A stretch of DNA of 64,000 bases. Source: Alphaproteobacteria bacterium. GTDB lineage: Bacteria; Pseudomonadota; Alphaproteobacteria; UBA6615. The stretch covers positions 128,001-192,000 of the forward strand of contig CBDHEC010000057.1 in NCBI GenBank assembly GCA_965261975.1, read 5' to 3'. Positions 61,834 through 64,000 of the stretch are shown here, piece after piece. The notes beneath the pieces were generated by a model. That model was not told where the DNA came from and made no database searches. It saw only the letters and a list, made by a program, of their open reading frames with translations. The stretch's first letter is position 1. Every line of letters begins with the position of its first letter. Made by a program: the position numbers and the translations under genes.

Positions 61834-64000
61834 TTATCGACCGCGAATAAGGCCTTCCAGCAGATTTCGGAACTGGTCTTCCGGCTTTTTCGGCGCTGGC
61901 TGCTGCGTCGTGTTTCCACCCGTCGTCGGTGCCTGCTCCTGATTGCCACCCGGCAACAGCTTGCGCAGGATCGAACCGGCGGCCTTGCCGACGATGAACT
62001 GATTGATCTCGTTGACATTCACCAGACGCGTGTTCGGAGCATCAAGCGGCCCCTTTTGCTCGACCACGACGCCCGCGAACTCCGGATGTGCGGGGAATCC
62101 GGCGCGCGCGCGAATATCAACCGTCCAGGCTGGCAGATTGGTATTGCCGCTGAACGCCACCGCCGCACAGTCAGCATTGATCTGCTGTTGCGGCAGGGTC
62201 GCGACCCCCTGGGCAAGATCAAATCGACCGTCGAAGTTGGCGATCTTGGTTTGTCCCCCGCGCCCCGATGATGCGAGGCCGAGGAACCCTTCGATCCCGT
62301 TTAGCCGATCGAGCTGATCGCTGATCTGGCAGACGTCGATTCCCTCGACCACGGCATCTCTGAAACGCATCGCCCCCTTGCCCGCGAGATTCGAAATCAT
62401 CTCGAACTCGCTGCGGCCACGCGAGGTCACGTCCAGATCCGCACCCAGTCGGCCCGAGGCGAGCTTGACATCGGAGACCGGGAACAGAAGGTCGAGAACC
62501 GACATCACACCGCGCTCACCGCTGGCGCCTTCGCCGAGGAATTTCGCCGCGTCGGCATTCTCCACGCGCATCGCATACCGCATGGTCGGAACATCGCCCG
62601 CCGCCACCTGGCCGGTCATGTTGAATTCGCCGCCGAATGCCTTGCCCGACAACTCGGAAAGATCCAGCACGCCGTCGTCAAGCGCGATCGAGAGACGCGG
62701 TTCGTCGACACGGATATTGGTGTAGGTGATCGCCGGCGAGGAAAGCTTGATATCTGCGTCAATGGCGCGAAGCGCAGACAGTTCGATCGGTTCACGCGAC
62801 CAGCGCTGGGCACCGGCGCGCGCGCCGGACCCGCCGTTGGCCGAGGCGCCGGCGACAGCGCTGCCGCGCCCATTCGAAGCCGCAGACGCCGTCCCCGCCT
62901 GTGTCGGCAGAAACCAGTCGACCACGATCTCGCCCGTCTCGAGGCTCGCCACGACATTGGGGCGCGTGCCGCCTGTATCCACATTCGCACTGCCCTTGAA
63001 TCCGACCGGACCCGCATTGCCCTCGAGGTTGTCCAATGTCATCGCATTGGTCGCGAGGGCCAGTTCCGTCTTCAACGCAAAGGATCCGAGGTCGGCCTTC
63101 GACGGCCTGTAGTCGGGTGACAAGAGCCGCGTGAAGGCCGCCATGTCGGGATGGGCTGCATTGATCGCAAGACTTCCCTGCGGGCTGCCGGCCGCGAGAT
63201 CGGTCAGCCTTCCGCGCGCACTGATTTCGCCAGGTCCGACACCGATCGTCGCATCAATGTCACTCGCGGAAAGGTCGCCGCGCATGCTTGCACGTGCCGC
63301 AAGCGCGCCGAACTTGGCGGTTCCGGCAGTCTCTTCACCGCGCACCCGCGCAGCAAAATCCGCTGCGTCGGGGTGATTAATATCCAGCGTCACATCATAG
63401 TTCGGCGGAATGGCCAGAATGCCGAGATTGCCCGCCGCACGCATTCTGGCGCCCATAGCATCCAGGGCCAGGTCCACCGTCAGGTTCTGCATATCTCCCT
63501 GGAGCGTGCCGTCGACCTTCGTCGCTCCCAGTTTCGCCGGCACGTCGACACCCGCCAGGGCGAGCAGCCTGTCGCCGTTGCGCGCGTCGATATTGATGGT
63601 CACATCCGCTTTCGGCGCACCGGCCAACCCGTCAACGCGACCGTTCACGGATGCATTCGCACCGGCAAGACTTTCCACCGACATGTCTCGCAGCTCGAGG
63701 GTGCCGCCTTGCAATGTCGCATCAAGATTGATGCCGCTCAGACGCTGATCGCGCAGGACCACTTCGCCGACTTTCAACTGGAGGATCGCATCAAACGCAT
63801 TGAGTGCGGCAAGCCCACCCGGGCCAGTGTCTCCCTTGGCGTCTTTCCCGCCGGACGCAGTGTCGGCGCTGGCCGCGTCATCTGGCGTGCCGGCTGCACC
63901 CGCCGCTTGCGGGGCCGGCAGATATGCGTCGACATTCAGCTTGTCGAGCGAAAGCCCGACGCCAAATCCAAGCCGCTCACGCACCGCGATCGCAACCCCG
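61834..64000 (-). CDS. AsmA-family protein (C-terminal part; runs off the window)
   Basis: LNVDAYLP, WS.EPI.LSALR.IDA and repeated beta-rich segments. Confidence 0.8.
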   Translation of the reverse strand, partial: GVAIAVRERLGFGVGLSLDKLNVDAYLPAPQAAGAAGTPDDAASADTASGGKDAKGDTGPGGLAALNAFDAILQLKVGEVVLRDQRLSGINLDATLQGGTLELRDMSVESLAGANASVNGRVDGLAGAPKADVTINIDARNGDRLLALAGVDVPAKLGATKVDGTLQGDMQNLTVDLALDAMGARMRAAGNLGILAIPPNYDVTLDINHPDAADFAARVRGEETAGTAKFGALAARASMRGDLSASDIDATIGVGPGEISARGRLTDLAAGSPQGSLAINAAHPDMAAFTRLLSPDYRPSKADLGSFALKTELALATNAMTLDNLEGNAGPVGFKGSANVDTGGTRPNVVASLETGEIVVDWFLPTQAGTASAASNGRGSAVAGASANGGSGARAGAQRWSREPIELSALRAIDADIKLSSPAITYTNIRVDEPRLSIALDDGVLDLSELSGKAFGGEFNMTGQVAAGDVPTMRYAMRVENADAAKFLGEGASGERGVMSVLDLLFPVSDVKLASGRLGADLDVTSRGRSEFEMISNLAGKGAMRFRDAVVEGIDVCQISDQLDRLNGIEGFLGLASSGRGGQTKIANFDGRFDLAQGVATLPQQQINADCAAVAFSGNTNLPAWTVDIRARAGFPAHPEFAGVVVEQKGPLDAPNTRLVNVNEINQFIVGKAAGSILRKLLPGGNQEQAPTTGGNTTQQPAPKKPEDQFRNLLEGLIRGR

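Overview
This is a GC-rich alphaproteobacterial window, Rhodospirillales-like by gene order and by its two-piece permuted tmRNA next to sspB. It splits into two parts at a tRNA-Lys(CUU) gene (37.1 kb). The left part (1-37 kb) is a dense accessory catabolic region. It holds an esterase/hydratase/ADH trio, an lva/ACAD10-11-like kinase-ACAD-SDR module, a TRAP transporter, a TetR-linked CoA-ligase/ACAD/ECH/hydrolase cluster, nupC, a candidate anti-SD sRNA, hmgA with a perfect 18-bp operator, five tandem CocE/NonD hydrolase paralogues that all lack the usual catalytic Asp, and an SDR whose middle is replaced by a foreign 39-bp-repeat fragment. The right part (37-64 kb) is core genome: rodA-mrdA-mreDCB, leuA with a Leu-rich leader, ilvC/ilvN/ilvB, miaA, a frameshifted DUF1015 gene sitting where serB usually lies, degP, hflKC, mrp, folA-thyA, ssrA-sspB, tfoX-like, fumC and asmA. 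Several lesions (DUF1015 indels, YHS deletion, TfoX stop, SDR chimera) may be assembly artefacts. All calls come from reading motifs and synteny by eye; no database searches were run.
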